From the NCBI GenBank assembly GCA_003009755.1, contig PXUB01000043.1:16646-80645 (forward strand): 64,000 bases of DNA, read 5' to 3'. The first letter of the stretch is position 1, and each line of letters begins with the position of its first letter. Under the pieces are notes generated by a model. The model was not told the origin of the DNA. It did not search any database and worked only from the letters and a program-made list of their open reading frames with translations. The stretch is from Thermoplasmatales archaeon SW_10_69_26 (GTDB lineage Archaea > Thermoplasmatota > SW-10-69-26). Shown here piece after piece: positions 35,914-46,693 of this stretch. Position numbers and translations under genes: made by a program.

Positions 35914-36210
35914 GACGGCCACGCCTGATCGGCTTCGCAACGTCGACCTTGCGCCTGCGTGACGTTGAAGCGTGTCGCAGGCTTGGATTTCGATGGGCCG
36001 ACCGGACGGCGGTCCCGGTTCCTCCCAACCACCGGGGCGCCTTCGCCGATGCAAGGGTCGGCGGAGCTTGCTCCGGGGGGCGGGCCGGGGGGTCCCGGCC
36101 CGCCCGCCTCCCTTCGTTCCTCTCATCGACACCGGTCGTGCAACGTTCCCGTTACCGCACGGTCAACCTTTTCCCGGTGATGGAGCGTGGTTTCTATCGA
36201 GGCGATTCGA

Positions 36211-36792
36211 ATGAACCTTGGACACGTGGCTGCTGGCTTCCTCGCGCTCACGCTCGTCGTTCCCGCCGGGGCGGCGGCCCCGCTGATCGACCAGATCGAC
36301 AACGGTGGTTTCGAGGACGACCTCGCCGAGTGGCGGGTCGTCGATGGCGACGTCAGCGCGGATGGCGTCCCCTTCGAGGGTTCGGGGGCGGCGAAGCTGA
36401 ACGCCGTCGGCGGGACGACGACCACCACGCTGGCGCAGGAGGTCTCCCTGGACAACGACGATGCGCCGATCGTGCCGAACGCCGAGTACGAGATCGCGTT
36501 CGCGGCCGTGCTGAACGACGGCTCGGAGAACTCCGCGGCCGCGAGCCCGGACGTCTTCGGCCAGATCGTCTGGAAGAACGCCCTCGGCGAAACCACCGAC
36601 GTCGACAGGGTCGAGATCACCGACACCGACGACTACGTCGAGTACAGCCAGACGTTCGACGCTCCCGAGGACGCGACCGCGGCCGACATCCAGTTCCACG
36701 TCGTCCGCGAGAACCTCGAGGACCCCACCGACGCCAACCTGCAGGTCGACGCCGTCGCGTTCGGCCCCGCCGACCCGACCGGGTCGGTCTAG
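36211..36792 (+). CDS. Secreted galactose-binding-like (CBM4/9-like) domain protein
   Basis: Signal peptide; 'IDNGGFEDDLAEW', 'LQVDAVAF'. Confidence 0.7.
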   Translation: MNLGHVAAGFLALTLVVPAGAAAPLIDQIDNGGFEDDLAEWRVVDGDVSADGVPFEGSGAAKLNAVGGTTTTTLAQEVSLDNDDAPIVPNAEYEIAFAAVLNDGSENSAAASPDVFGQIVWKNALGETTDVDRVEITDTDDYVEYSQTFDAPEDATAADIQFHVVRENLEDPTDANLQVDAVAFGPADPTGSV

Positions 36793-36913
36793 ATTCGGTC
36801 CACGGTCTCCGGCCAGGGGAGACACGACGGTGGCACCGCGGGCCGAACGCTCCAACCGTCAATTCCCCTGGCCCTAACCGTTTTGCCGGGCCCTATGGTT
36901 GGGCCGGGTGGAC

Positions 36914-37681
36914 ATGTCTGGGAACAGCACGGTCCGTACGCTGGCAGCGTCCCTCGCGGCGCTGCTGCTGATGCTGAGCACGTTCGCCGGTGGCGCCGCG
37001 GCCGCGGGCGAAGACAACGGCGACGAGATCTCGGACGTCGCAGAGGAGAAGCTATCGACCACCAACTGCCTGCAGGTCTACATCGAGGAGCAGGCGGGCC
37101 CGGCGACCGTCACGTACAACTGCGGCGCCGGCGCCGACGTGGACGAGGACTGGCGTCCGAGCGAGGAGGCCTCGGCCGCCGGTCCGCCGCCCTGTGACGA
37201 CGACACCCGCGTCGAAGCCGGTCCGTTCACCGTCTACCGCGAGGGCTTCTTCTGCGAGCCCCGCGTTGATTACGACGAGGACTGGGAGCCCAGCGTGCCG
37301 ACGAGCACGACCAAGCCCGAGTGCTCGGAGCTCGACGGTGACTCCCAGGTGGGCCCGGTCACCGTGACCGTCGACGACACCTGCCGAACCTCGGCCACGG
37401 TCAACGAATCCTGGTCGCCGGTTTCCGAGACGACGGACGTGGACCCGCCGCAGACCTCCCCGCCGAACTGCTTCTACATCTACTACGAGCGGCAGGCCGG
37501 CCCGGTGACGGTGGTCATGACGTCCTCGTGCTCCGGGAACGTCGAGGTCGACGAGGAGTGGCGGCCGAGCCTCTCGTCCACCGACGACGACTCCTCGCCC
37601 TCCGACCACCCGGTGAAGTGCACGCTCGACGCCAACGACAACCGCGAGATCTTCTACTGCATCTTCGGTAAGCCCTGGTAG
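36914..37681 (+). CDS. Secreted Cys-rich repeat protein
   Basis: Signal peptide; four units of C..(AG/VG)P(V/F/A)TV..C..(VDE/YDE/VNE).W.P. Confidence 0.75.
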   Translation: MSGNSTVRTLAASLAALLLMLSTFAGGAAAAGEDNGDEISDVAEEKLSTTNCLQVYIEEQAGPATVTYNCGAGADVDEDWRPSEEASAAGPPPCDDDTRVEAGPFTVYREGFFCEPRVDYDEDWEPSVPTSTTKPECSELDGDSQVGPVTVTVDDTCRTSATVNESWSPVSETTDVDPPQTSPPNCFYIYYERQAGPVTVVMTSSCSGNVEVDEEWRPSLSSTDDDSSPSDHPVKCTLDANDNREIFYCIFGKPW

Positions 37682-37874
37682 GCCGACGCCGGGTCGCCGG
37701 CTTCTCTCCTCTTTTTCCTCCTTCTCCTCCTCTTGCCTCGGTCAGCCTCGAGGTTGACCCGGCTGCGATCGATAGAGCCGGCCAGCGGCCGCTACTCGCG
37801 GCCCAACAGCCGCGTCTCCCTGGTACGATGACCACCGATACATTCCTATATCACCGCCCTTTTGCCCGGCCCGA

Positions 37875-38246
37875 ATGGCCGGAATCCCCGAGCCATACCT
37901 CCCTGTCGCCATCATGACGGGGATCGGCGTGGCCGTCGTGTTCATCGCCGTCGCTCTCTCGCGGTTCATCACCCCCAGCCGGCCGAGCCGCGAGAAGCTC
38001 ACCGCCTACGAGTGCGGTGAGGAACCCGTCGGTTCGGGTCGCGGACCCGTCGACATCCAGTTCTACCTGTACGTTCTCGTCTTCCTCATCCTGGATCTTG
38101 AGGCGGTCTTCCTCATCCCGTTCGTCGTCGACTTCGCGAACCTCGGTACGAAGGCCATCGTGACGATGGCTGTGTTCGTCTTCCTGTTGCTCGACGGCTG
38201 GATCTACGCGATACAGAAGGGGGCTCTCGAATGGCAAGGATCGTGA
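37875..38246 (+). CDS. nuoA: NADH-quinone oxidoreductase subunit A
   Basis: '[11 protein letters not shown]', '[11 protein letters not shown]', 'KGALEW'. Confidence 0.93.
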   Translation: MAGIPEPYLPVAIMTGIGVAVVFIAVALSRFITPSRPSREKLTAYECGEEPVGSGRGPVDIQFYLYVLVFLILDLEAVFLIPFVVDFANLGTKAIVTMAVFVFLLLDGWIYAIQKGALEWQGS

Positions 38247-38827
38247 AGTCCGGCAGCCCCGAGGAGGGGGTCTTCCTCACCTCGGTCGACAAGATGCTGA
38301 AATGGGGCCGCGCGAACTCGCTGTGGCCGATGCAGTTCGGCCTGGCCTGTTGCGCCATCGAGATGATGGCCACCATGGGCCCCCACCACGACATCGCCCG
38401 CTTCGGCTCCGAGGTCTTCCGCGCGACCCCGCGCCAGGCCGACCTCATGATCGTGCCGGGCACCGTCTGCAAGAAGATGGCCCCGCGCGTGCGCAAGCTG
38501 TACGACCAGATGCCCGAGCCGAAGTACGTCATCGCGATGGGCGCCTGCGCCTCCTGCGGTGGCCCCTACCAGAACTCGTACAGCGTCGTCCAGGGCGTCG
38601 ACAAGGTCATCCCCGTCGACGTCTACGTCCCCGGCTGTCCGCCCCGTCCCGAGGCGCTGCTCGACGGGCTCCAGCGTCTGCAGGAGAAGATCCAGCAGGA
38701 CCCCGAGCCCGCCATCCGGTTCGCCAAGGACACCGAGGACACCGAAGAGCTGACCTCCGAACGAGAGGCCAAACAGCGCCGCGACTGGGAGCTTGGCCCC
38801 TCCGAGTTGGGAGGGGAACCGGCTTGA
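38231..38827 (+). CDS. nuoB: NADH-quinone oxidoreductase subunit B
   Basis: '[10 protein letters not shown]', 'PRQADL', 'MGACA', 'VPGCPPRPE'. Confidence 0.96.
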   Translation: MARIVKSGSPEEGVFLTSVDKMLKWGRANSLWPMQFGLACCAIEMMATMGPHHDIARFGSEVFRATPRQADLMIVPGTVCKKMAPRVRKLYDQMPEPKYVIAMGACASCGGPYQNSYSVVQGVDKVIPVDVYVPGCPPRPEALLDGLQRLQEKIQQDPEPAIRFAKDTEDTEELTSEREAKQRRDWELGPSELGGEPA

Positions 38828-39465
38828 GCCTGGCCGACGATGTCATCGACACGGTCCAGGAGCACGTGATCGAGGAGGATGTCCAGAAGGACAAGCCCCT
38901 CCTCGTGACCGATCCCGAGGGCCTTCGCGACGTCATGGCCGAAGCCCAGGACGCGGGCTTCGACCACCTGTGCTTCGTCACGGCCGTCGACTGGCCGAAG
39001 GACGAGATCGAGGACAACGCCGCCTGGCTCGGCTTCACCGAAGAGCGCGAGGTCGAGGACCCCGACGACGAGGAGGACGAGGACGCCACCGAGACCGTCC
39101 CCGTCGAATCGAAGGGCTGGCACCTCGACGACGTCGACGACGGCCTCATGGAGGTCGTCTACAACCTCTACTCCTACGACGAGGGCGACCATCTGGCCGT
39201 CCAGGTCTGGGTGCCGCGCGAGGTCGACCAGTGCTCGGTCCCGACTGTCAGCGACCTCTGGGCCGGTGCCAACTGGCACGAGCGAGAGGTCTTCGACCTC
39301 TACGGAGTCACCTTCGAGGGTCACCCCGACATGAAACGCATCTTCATGCCCGAGGACTGGGAGGGTCACCCCCACAGGAAGGACTACGACCTCGGGGAGC
39401 AGCAGTACATCTACCGCGAGGACGGCATCGACAAGGTGACCAAGGACGCCGGGAAGGGGTGGTAG
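38824..39465 (+). CDS. nuoC: NADH-quinone oxidoreductase subunit C (with acidic insertion)
   Basis: '[25 protein letters not shown]', 'GHPHRKDY'; TTG start overlaps the nuoB stop. Confidence 0.92.
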   Translation: MSLADDVIDTVQEHVIEEDVQKDKPLLVTDPEGLRDVMAEAQDAGFDHLCFVTAVDWPKDEIEDNAAWLGFTEEREVEDPDDEEDEDATETVPVESKGWHLDDVDDGLMEVVYNLYSYDEGDHLAVQVWVPREVDQCSVPTVSDLWAGANWHEREVFDLYGVTFEGHPDMKRIFMPEDWEGHPHRKDYDLGEQQYIYREDGIDKVTKDAGKGW

Positions 39466-39467
39466 CT

Positions 39468-40619
39468 TTGGCCGAACAGCAGACCCCGAGCGAACAGACC
39501 CCCAAGCGTCGCCTCATGACGCTCAACGTCGGACCCCAGCACCCCGCCACGCACGGCGTGCTGCGGATGAAGATGCTGCTCGACGGCGAGCGCATCGTCG
39601 ACGCCGAACCGATCATCGGGTACCTGCACCGGGGCAGCGAACGCCTCGGCGAGATGGGTACCTACCTCCAATTCATCCCGTACACCGACCGCATGGACTA
39701 CCTGGCGGCCATCCACAACAACATGGCCTTCGTCCATGCCTGCGAGAAGCTCGCGGACCTCGACGTGCCCCCGCGCGCCAACGTCCTGCGAGTGCTCGCC
39801 CAGGAGATCAACCGCGTCGCGAGCCACCTCATCTGGATGGGGACCTTCGGCATCGACATCGGCGCGATGACGACCTTCTTCTGGTGCTTCCGCGACCGCG
39901 AGCGGGCGCTGCGCCTGCTCGAGCGCATGACCGGGACCCGCCTGACGTACTCCTACATGCGCTTCGGCGGCGTCAAGCACGACGTCGACGAGGATTGGAT
40001 CCAGGACACCCGCGAGTGGGTGGATCAGGTCCGCGAGGGCATCCAGGAGCTCGACGACCTGCTCACCGAGAACGATATCTTCGTCGCCCGCACCAAGGGC
40101 ACCGGCGTCGTCTCGACCGAGCAGGCGATCGACTACGGCATGACCGGCCCCAACCTGCGGGCCACCGGCAAGGCGTTCGACCTCCGCAAGGAGGAGCCCT
40201 ACGCCAGCTACGAGACCTACGACTTCGACGTGCCGACCAGCGACGAGGGCGACGTGTTCGCCCGGTACGCCTGCCGCATGGCGGAGATCGAGGAGTCCCT
40301 CGGCATCGTCGAGCAAGCCTGCGACCGCTGGGCCGACGCCGAGGGCAACCACCTCAGCCGCGAGGTCGGCGAGGGCTCCAGCCAGTTCCGGTGGAGCCCG
40401 CCGGAGGGCGAAGCCTACGGCCGCATCGAGTCTCCGCGCGGCGAGCTGGGCTGCCTGGTCGTCTCCGACGGCAGCAACCAGCCCTACCGCGTGAAGATGC
40501 GCGCCCACTCGTTCTCCAACCTGTCCGCGATCTCCGAGCTCGCTCGCGGCGAGCTCATCCAGGACGCCATCATCACGCTGGGTAGCTTGGACATCGTGCT
40601 GGGGGACATCGACCGATGA
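39468..40619 (+). CDS. nuoD: NADH-quinone oxidoreductase subunit D
   Basis: 'GPQHPATHGVLR', 'GYLHRG', 'DRMDY', 'ESPRGE', 'SLDIVLGDIDR'. Confidence 0.95.
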   Translation: MAEQQTPSEQTPKRRLMTLNVGPQHPATHGVLRMKMLLDGERIVDAEPIIGYLHRGSERLGEMGTYLQFIPYTDRMDYLAAIHNNMAFVHACEKLADLDVPPRANVLRVLAQEINRVASHLIWMGTFGIDIGAMTTFFWCFRDRERALRLLERMTGTRLTYSYMRFGGVKHDVDEDWIQDTREWVDQVREGIQELDDLLTENDIFVARTKGTGVVSTEQAIDYGMTGPNLRATGKAFDLRKEEPYASYETYDFDVPTSDEGDVFARYACRMAEIEESLGIVEQACDRWADAEGNHLSREVGEGSSQFRWSPPEGEAYGRIESPRGELGCLVVSDGSNQPYRVKMRAHSFSNLSAISELARGELIQDAIITLGSLDIVLGDIDR

Positions 40620-41632
40620 CCGCCGTCGAGTGGCTCACCGCGCAACTCGCCCCGCTCGTCGGACAAAGCTGGGCCGTCCTCGTGGTCTACCTCGCCCTGT
40701 CCGCGGCCACGATCGGCTTCGTGCTCGCTGCCGCCCCCGGCCTCGTCTGGGGCATGCGCAAGGTGATGGGCCACGTCCAGCACCGCACCGGTCCCTACCG
40801 CGTGGGCCCCTTCGGCCTGCTGCAACCGGTCGCCGACGGCATCAAGCTCGTCAGCAAGGAGGACATCGTCCCGGCCGGCGTCGACGAGTTCTCCTGGAAG
40901 CTGGCCGTCTACGTGCTCCCGGTCCCGGTCTTCATCGTGTTCCTGTTCATCCCCTGGCACCCGGGCTTCGTCGTCTCCAACGTCGCGACGGGCATCGTGC
41001 TGCTGCTCGCCGTCGCCGCCATCTCACCCGTCGGTGAGGTCCTCGCCGGCTGGGGATCCAACAACAAGTACAGCGTGCTCGGCGGCCTGCGCGCGGCCGC
41101 GATGGACGTCGCCTACGAGGTCCCGCTCGTGCTCGCCGCCGCCAGCGTCGTCATCCTCACCGGTTCCATGGAGATGCAGGCCATCGTGGAGGCCCAGCAA
41201 GGCGTCTGGTTCTTCCTCGTCCAACCGATCGGCCTGTTCATCTTCCTGATCGCCGGCCTCGCCAAGATCGGCGTGGCCCCCGTCGACCTCGCCGAGGCCG
41301 AGTCCGAGTTCGTGGCCGGGTTCCACACTGAGTACTCCGGCATGCGGTTCGGCCTGCTGTTCTTGACCCTGTTCGCCAACATCATCCTCATCTCGCTGCT
41401 GACCAGCATCCTGTTCCTCGGTGGCTGGCAGGCGCCCTTGGGCCTGTTCGACGGCGTCTGGTGGTTGCTGGCCAAGACGGTGGTGATCGCCGTGTTCCTG
41501 TTGACCACGTGGTTCACGCTGCCGAGGGTCCGGGTCGACCAGTTCATGAACCTCGGCTGGAAGCTCCTGTTCCCGCTGGCCCTCGTGAACATGGTCATCG
41601 CGGGCGTGCTCGCGAAAGGAGGTATCGTCTAA
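40616..41632 (+). CDS. nuoH: NADH-quinone oxidoreductase subunit H
   Basis: 'GPFGLLQPVADGIKLVSKE', 'SNNKYSVLGGLR', 'DLAEAESE..GFHTEYSG'. Confidence 0.95.
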   Translation: MTAVEWLTAQLAPLVGQSWAVLVVYLALSAATIGFVLAAAPGLVWGMRKVMGHVQHRTGPYRVGPFGLLQPVADGIKLVSKEDIVPAGVDEFSWKLAVYVLPVPVFIVFLFIPWHPGFVVSNVATGIVLLLAVAAISPVGEVLAGWGSNNKYSVLGGLRAAAMDVAYEVPLVLAAASVVILTGSMEMQAIVEAQQGVWFFLVQPIGLFIFLIAGLAKIGVAPVDLAEAESEFVAGFHTEYSGMRFGLLFLTLFANIILISLLTSILFLGGWQAPLGLFDGVWWLLAKTVVIAVFLLTTWFTLPRVRVDQFMNLGWKLLFPLALVNMVIAGVLAKGGIV

Positions 41633-42078
41633 TGTCCGTCTCGCTCGTCGGCATCCTGAAGAGCTTCAAGCAGACGATCAAGCGCCTCTTCTCGAAGCCG
41701 GTCACGGTGCACTACCCCGAGGAGACGGCTCCGATCTCGGAGCGGTTCCGGGGCCGCATCGTGCTCGACATGGAGGCCTGCATCGGCTGCACCCTGTGCT
41801 CGCAGGCGTGCCCGAACGGCACCGACTGCATGCAGGTCATCCCCGGCCGAGAGCAGGCGAACAACAAGCGCGGTCTCTGGCCGCGCGTCAACGTCGTCCA
41901 ATGCATGTACTGCGGCCTCTGCGAAGAGGTCTGCCCGACGGACGCGATCTTCCTCACGCCCGAGTTCCGAACCTCCCGCACCGACCGCGGCGAGTTCGAC
42001 TACGACGCCATCCAGCTGTCCAAGACCGAGGCCGAGCTGACGATGGAAGGGCAAAAGGAGCTCGAGGGAGGGCTCTAG
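41632..42078 (+). CDS. nuoI: NADH-quinone oxidoreductase subunit I
   Basis: 'TVHYPEE..RFRG', two CxxCxxCxxxCP motifs. Confidence 0.95.
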   Translation: MSVSLVGILKSFKQTIKRLFSKPVTVHYPEETAPISERFRGRIVLDMEACIGCTLCSQACPNGTDCMQVIPGREQANNKRGLWPRVNVVQCMYCGLCEEVCPTDAIFLTPEFRTSRTDRGEFDYDAIQLSKTEAELTMEGQKELEGGL

Positions 42079-42106
42079 GCCCATGCAAGAAGGGAGGGGG
42101 GGCTAA

Positions 42107-42586
42107 GTGCTCGACGAGATCGTCTTCCTCGTCCTCGCCGCGATCACCGTCTTCGGGGCGCTCAAGGTCGTCTCCGAGGACGAGCCCGTGCACGCCGCGA
42201 TCTTCTTGGGGCTCGTGCTGCTCGGTGTCGCCGGCATCTACCTGACGCTCAGCGCCGAGTTCCTGGCCGCCATCCAGATCCTCATCTACGTCGGCGCTGT
42301 CACGACGCTGATCCTGTTCGCCGTGATGCTCACCACGCACGCCTCGCCGATGGAGGGCTTCGCCGAGGACCGGACCCCTCTGGCCGCGCTCGGCGTCGAC
42401 GCCCCCAAGGGCATGGACGTCGAGGAGGTCGAAGAGGTGCCTGAGGGCGTCGAGACCGTCGAAGAGGCCGAACGCGAGGCCGACCGCGAAGGCAGCGGCC
42501 ACACGATCAAGAAGGAGGGCGCCGAGCCCGAGGCCGACGACGAGGCCGACACCGACGAGGACGACGAGACCGGAGGACGAGCCTGA
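42107..42586 (+). CDS. nuoJ: NADH-quinone oxidoreductase subunit J, N-terminal half (J1) with acidic tail
   Basis: 'AEFLAAIQILIYVGAVTTLILFAVML'. Confidence 0.88.
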   Translation: MLDEIVFLVLAAITVFGALKVVSEDEPVHAAIFLGLVLLGVAGIYLTLSAEFLAAIQILIYVGAVTTLILFAVMLTTHASPMEGFAEDRTPLAALGVDAPKGMDVEEVEEVPEGVETVEEAEREADREGSGHTIKKEGAEPEADDEADTDEDDETGGRA

Positions 42587-42858
42587 TGACCACGATCACC
42601 CGCGACGACATCCACCTCGTCGTCGCCATCTTCCTCGGTTCGCTGATCGCCGTCCAAGCCTGGGACGTCAGCGACGTCGAACCGATGCAGCAGGTCTGGG
42701 GCGCCGAACCGACCGGGATCGAATCCGTGACCGGCATCGCCGAGAACCTCTACACGACGTGGGCGATGCCCTTCGAGGTTCTGAGCGTGCTCCTGCTCGT
42801 CGCCCTCGTCGGCGGGCTGGCGCTCGCGCTGCGTGAAGAGGAAGGAGGCATCGTCTGA
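42586..42858 (+). CDS. nuoJ: NADH-quinone oxidoreductase subunit J, C-terminal half (J2)
   Basis: 'IAENLY..PFEVLSVLLLVALVGGLALA'. Confidence 0.85.
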   Translation: MTTITRDDIHLVVAIFLGSLIAVQAWDVSDVEPMQQVWGAEPTGIESVTGIAENLYTTWAMPFEVLSVLLLVALVGGLALALREEEGGIV

Positions 42859-43169
42859 TGGCCGTCGAGCTCGCCACCTGGTGGTACGTGGCCCTGTCCG
42901 GTACCCTGTTCGCCATCGGTACCTGGGGCCTGATGAACCGGGACAACGCGATCATGATCCTGATGAGCATCGAGCTGTTGCTCAACGCAGCCAACATCAA
43001 CTTCGCCGCCTTCTCGGCGGCCCACGGCGCCCAAGACGGGTTCACCTTCGCGCTGTTCAGCATCGCGATCGCCGCCGGCGAAGCCGCCGTCGGGCTCGCG
43101 ATCTTCGTCAACCTGTTCCGGCTGCAGGACTCCGTGGACGTCTCGAAGGCCACGCTGTTGAGGGGGTGA
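42858..43169 (+). CDS. nuoK: NADH-quinone oxidoreductase subunit K
   Basis: 'LMSIELLLNAANIN', 'AAGEAAVGLAI'. Confidence 0.94.
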   Translation: MAVELATWWYVALSGTLFAIGTWGLMNRDNAIMILMSIELLLNAANINFAAFSAAHGAQDGFTFALFSIAIAAGEAAVGLAIFVNLFRLQDSVDVSKATLLRG

Positions 43170-43175
43170 GAAGAC

Positions 43176-45209
43176 ATGGTGATGGAGTACGCTTGGCTGA
43201 TCCCTGCGCTACCGCTGGCCGCTTTCGTCCTCGTCACCCTGTTCGGATCGCGGCTGCCCGAACGCGGCGGCTACATCTCCGCGGGCGCCATCGTCGCGAG
43301 CGGCGCCCTGGCCGTCTACACCGCCTGGGAAAGCTGGGGCCGGCTCACCGAGAGCTTCCGAGGCGAGCACGGTCACTGGGGGGAGGCCTTCACGTGGACC
43401 TTCCAGGACGCGCTCGGCACCGCCTGGCTCGAGGCGGGCAACTTCGTCTTCGATCTGGGCGTCTACCTCGACAGCATCACCGCTTGGCTGCTCGGCGCCG
43501 TCGGCATCCTGACCGCCGGCATCGCCCTCTACTCGATCGGGTACATCCGCCCCGAGAAGGAGGGTTACCACCTCGACGACGGCAGCCCCATCCACGTCGA
43601 CGGCCGCCAGCGCTACTACGCCGCGCTCGCGCTGTTCGTCGGCTCGATGCTGGGCTTCGTGCTCGGCTCGAACCTGCTCGAGATGTTCGTCTTCTGGGAG
43701 CTGATGGGCCTTTGCTCGTACCTGCTCATCGGCTTCTGGTACGCCAAGCCCTCCGCGGCTGCGGCGGCCAAGAAGGCCTTCCTCGTCACGCGCGTCGGGG
43801 ACGTGTTCTTCCTCGGCGGGCTCGTCACCCTCGCCGTCATCTTCGGCGACGCCGTCGGGAGCGCCGTCGCTTTGGACCTGTCGACCCTGCTCGACACCGC
43901 GACGATCGAAGCCGTCGCCGCCGCCCACCCGACCGCGCTGGGCCTGTCGGTGCTCGGCCTGTTCCTCGGCGCCGTCGGCAAGTCCGCCCAGCTGCCTCTC
44001 CACGTCTGGCTGCCTGACGCGATGGAGGGTCCGACGACCGTCTCCGCGCTCATCCACGCTGCCACGATGGTCAAGGCCGGCGTCTTCCTCGTCGCCCGGT
44101 TCTTCCCGCTGTTCGACGCCGTCCCCTGGGTGCTCTACACCGTCGCCGTCGTCGGCGCCGTGACCGCGTTCGTCGCCGCCACGATGGCCGTCGTGAACTA
44201 CGACATCAAGCGCGTGCTGGCGTTCTCGACGATCAGCCAGCTCGGCTACATGTTCATGGGCCTGGGCGTCGGCGCCGCCGTCGCCGGCGGGTTCGCCGCC
44301 GGCCTGTTCCACCTGCTCAACCACGCCTTCTTCAAGGCGCTGTTGTTCCTGTGCGCCGGCGCCGTCGGGTTCGCGCTCCACAACTACGACATGCGCGACT
44401 TCGGCGGCCTCAAGGAGTACATGCCGATCACGGCGTGGACGATGCTGGCGGCCACCTTGGCCATCAGCGGCATCCCGCCGTTCAGCGGCTTCTTCAGCAA
44501 GGACGAGCTGCTGGCCGAGGCCTTCCTCGCCGGCAAAGAGCACGCCCTGTTCTACGGCGTCTGGGCGCTGGCCCTCGTCACCGCCGGCCTGACGGCCTAC
44601 TACATGTTCCGCCTGTGGTTCATGACGTTCCTCGGCGACTACCGAGGCGACCACGAGGAGGAGCTGGCCGACGGGACGTGGCACATGAACCTCGTGCTCG
44701 GCGTGTTCGCCGTCTTCACGCTCGTCACCGGCTTCGCCGTGTTCTTCGCCTCCGACAACCTGCTGTTCCACCACGCCCTCGAGGTGACGCCTGCCAAGCT
44801 GGTCACCAGCTGGAAGACCTACCTCAGCCTGGGCGTGGCAGGCGCCGGCATCGCGTTGGCCTGGACCCGCTATGGACCGGACAACGTCGAGGATCACCTC
44901 ACACCGGTCGGCGAAGAGACCGGCGCCGAGGGCGTCATGATCGACCGCTACTACGTGACCGAGGCCTACTACAAGGCCACCGACGCCATCGTGCTCGGCC
45001 TCGCCCGCCTGTTCGACGCCTTCGACACCCACGTCGTCGACTGGTCCGTGGACGCCATCGGCCGCTTCAACGACTGGATGGGTCGCGTCGGCAGCCGCTG
45101 GCAGACCGGCCGCGTCAGCGACTACGCCACCTGGATCCTCTCCGGGCTGCTGGCGTTCGTCGTGATCGTCGTCTACATCCTCCGCTACACCATCGGGAGG
45201 GGTATCTGA
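43176..45209 (+). CDS. nuoL: NADH-quinone oxidoreductase subunit L
   Basis: 'FWELMGLCSYLLIGFW', 'GKSAQLPLHVWLPDAMEGPTTVSALIHAATMV', 'HAFFKALLFL'. Confidence 0.96.
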   Translation: MVMEYAWLIPALPLAAFVLVTLFGSRLPERGGYISAGAIVASGALAVYTAWESWGRLTESFRGEHGHWGEAFTWTFQDALGTAWLEAGNFVFDLGVYLDSITAWLLGAVGILTAGIALYSIGYIRPEKEGYHLDDGSPIHVDGRQRYYAALALFVGSMLGFVLGSNLLEMFVFWELMGLCSYLLIGFWYAKPSAAAAAKKAFLVTRVGDVFFLGGLVTLAVIFGDAVGSAVALDLSTLLDTATIEAVAAAHPTALGLSVLGLFLGAVGKSAQLPLHVWLPDAMEGPTTVSALIHAATMVKAGVFLVARFFPLFDAVPWVLYTVAVVGAVTAFVAATMAVVNYDIKRVLAFSTISQLGYMFMGLGVGAAVAGGFAAGLFHLLNHAFFKALLFLCAGAVGFALHNYDMRDFGGLKEYMPITAWTMLAATLAISGIPPFSGFFSKDELLAEAFLAGKEHALFYGVWALALVTAGLTAYYMFRLWFMTFLGDYRGDHEEELADGTWHMNLVLGVFAVFTLVTGFAVFFASDNLLFHHALEVTPAKLVTSWKTYLSLGVAGAGIALAWTRYGPDNVEDHLTPVGEETGAEGVMIDRYYVTEAYYKATDAIVLGLARLFDAFDTHVVDWSVDAIGRFNDWMGRVGSRWQTGRVSDYATWILSGLLAFVVIVVYILRYTIGRGI

Positions 45210-45210
45210 C

Positions 45211-46692
45211 ATGACCGTCCCCTGGCTCTCCATCGCGATCTTCACGCCCCTGGTCGGCGCCGTGCTCACGATGCTCGCCGGCCGCCGCCAGATCGGCCGT
45301 GTCGTCTCGCTGATCGCCAGCGTCGTCCCGCTCGGCATCGGCGCCGGCGTGCTCGCCCGCACGCCCGGCATCGACGACTTCGTGCTGAAGGAATCGATCG
45401 CCTGGGTCAGCACCGACAGCCTCACGATCACGTACACGATGGCGCTGGACGGCCTCTCGGCGCCGTTGTTCGCGCTGACGGCGCTCCTCGTCGCAGCCGC
45501 GATCCTGTTCAGCTGGGAGGAGACCAAGCGTCCGCTCAGCTTCTTCGCGCTGCTGCTCGTCCTCGAGACGAGCGTGCTGGGCGTGTTCGCCGCGTTGGAC
45601 CTGTTCGTGTTCTACGTGTTCTGGGAGTTCGTCCTCATCCCGATGTTCTTCCTCATCGCGATCTGGGGCGGGGCTCACCGTCGCTACGCAGCGACGAAGT
45701 TCTTCGTCTACACGTTCCTCGCCTCGCTCGTGATGCTGCTGGGCTTCATGGGCATGTACTTCGGCCTGCCCGATGGGGTCCCGGCGACGTTCAACTTCCT
45801 CGAGCTCCAGCAGTACACAGCCGGCTTCAGCGTCGAGCTGCAGATCCTGCTCTTCGTGGCCCTGCTCGTCGGGTTCGCCGTCAAGATGCCCGTCGTGCCC
45901 GTGCACACCTGGCTGCCCTGGGCCCACGTCGAGGCGCCGACCGCCGGCTCGGTCCTGCTGGCCGGCGTGCTGTTGAAGATGGGCGCCTACGGCCTGATCC
46001 GGTTCGCCATCGGCGCCTTCCCGTTCGCTGCCGTCAAGCTCGCGCCGTTGTTGCTCGTGATCGGCATCGTGTCGATCCTGTACGCGGCGTTGGTCTGCTT
46101 GGCGCAGAACGACCTCAAGCGGATGGTCGCCTTCTCCTCGATCTCCCACATGGGCGTCGCGATGCTGGGCATCGCGACCCTGAACGAGATCGGGTTCATG
46201 GGCGCCATCTACATGCTCATCGCGCACGGCCTGCTCAGCCCGCTGGCCTTCATGATGTGCGGCTCGATCCAGCACGGCTGGGGCACGCGCGAGATCGACA
46301 AGCTCGGCGGCATCATGCAGAAGACGCCCACCATGGGCACCTTCACGATGGCCGCCTTCATCGGCTCCCTCGGCTTCCCCGGCTTCGCCGGGTTCATCGC
46401 CGAGATCGCGGTCCTCGTCGGCACCTACCAGGCGTTCGGCTGGATCGTGATCTTCCCCCTGCTCGGCGTCGTGTTGACCGCCGGCTACTACATCTGGGCC
46501 ATCCAGCGCGCCCTCCACGGCGAGCTGACCGCCGAGCACGCCGACAGCGCGCACGAGATGCCGTTCTACGAGACGGCGGCCGTCGGCGTGCTCACGTTCT
46601 TCGCCATCGTCTATGGCGTCTGGCCCGCGCTGCTCACCGAGCACATCAACCCGTTCGTCGAAGGCCTGCTCTCCACCGTGGGGGTGATCTGA
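45211..46692 (+). CDS. nuoM: NADH-quinone oxidoreductase subunit M
   Basis: 'FYVFWE..IPMFFLI', 'KMPVVPVHTWLP.AHVEAPT', 'LLKMGAYG'. Confidence 0.96.
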   Translation: MTVPWLSIAIFTPLVGAVLTMLAGRRQIGRVVSLIASVVPLGIGAGVLARTPGIDDFVLKESIAWVSTDSLTITYTMALDGLSAPLFALTALLVAAAILFSWEETKRPLSFFALLLVLETSVLGVFAALDLFVFYVFWEFVLIPMFFLIAIWGGAHRRYAATKFFVYTFLASLVMLLGFMGMYFGLPDGVPATFNFLELQQYTAGFSVELQILLFVALLVGFAVKMPVVPVHTWLPWAHVEAPTAGSVLLAGVLLKMGAYGLIRFAIGAFPFAAVKLAPLLLVIGIVSILYAALVCLAQNDLKRMVAFSSISHMGVAMLGIATLNEIGFMGAIYMLIAHGLLSPLAFMMCGSIQHGWGTREIDKLGGIMQKTPTMGTFTMAAFIGSLGFPGFAGFIAEIAVLVGTYQAFGWIVIFPLLGVVLTAGYYIWAIQRALHGELTAEHADSAHEMPFYETAAVGVLTFFAIVYGVWPALLTEHINPFVEGLLSTVGVI

Positions 46693-46693
46693 C

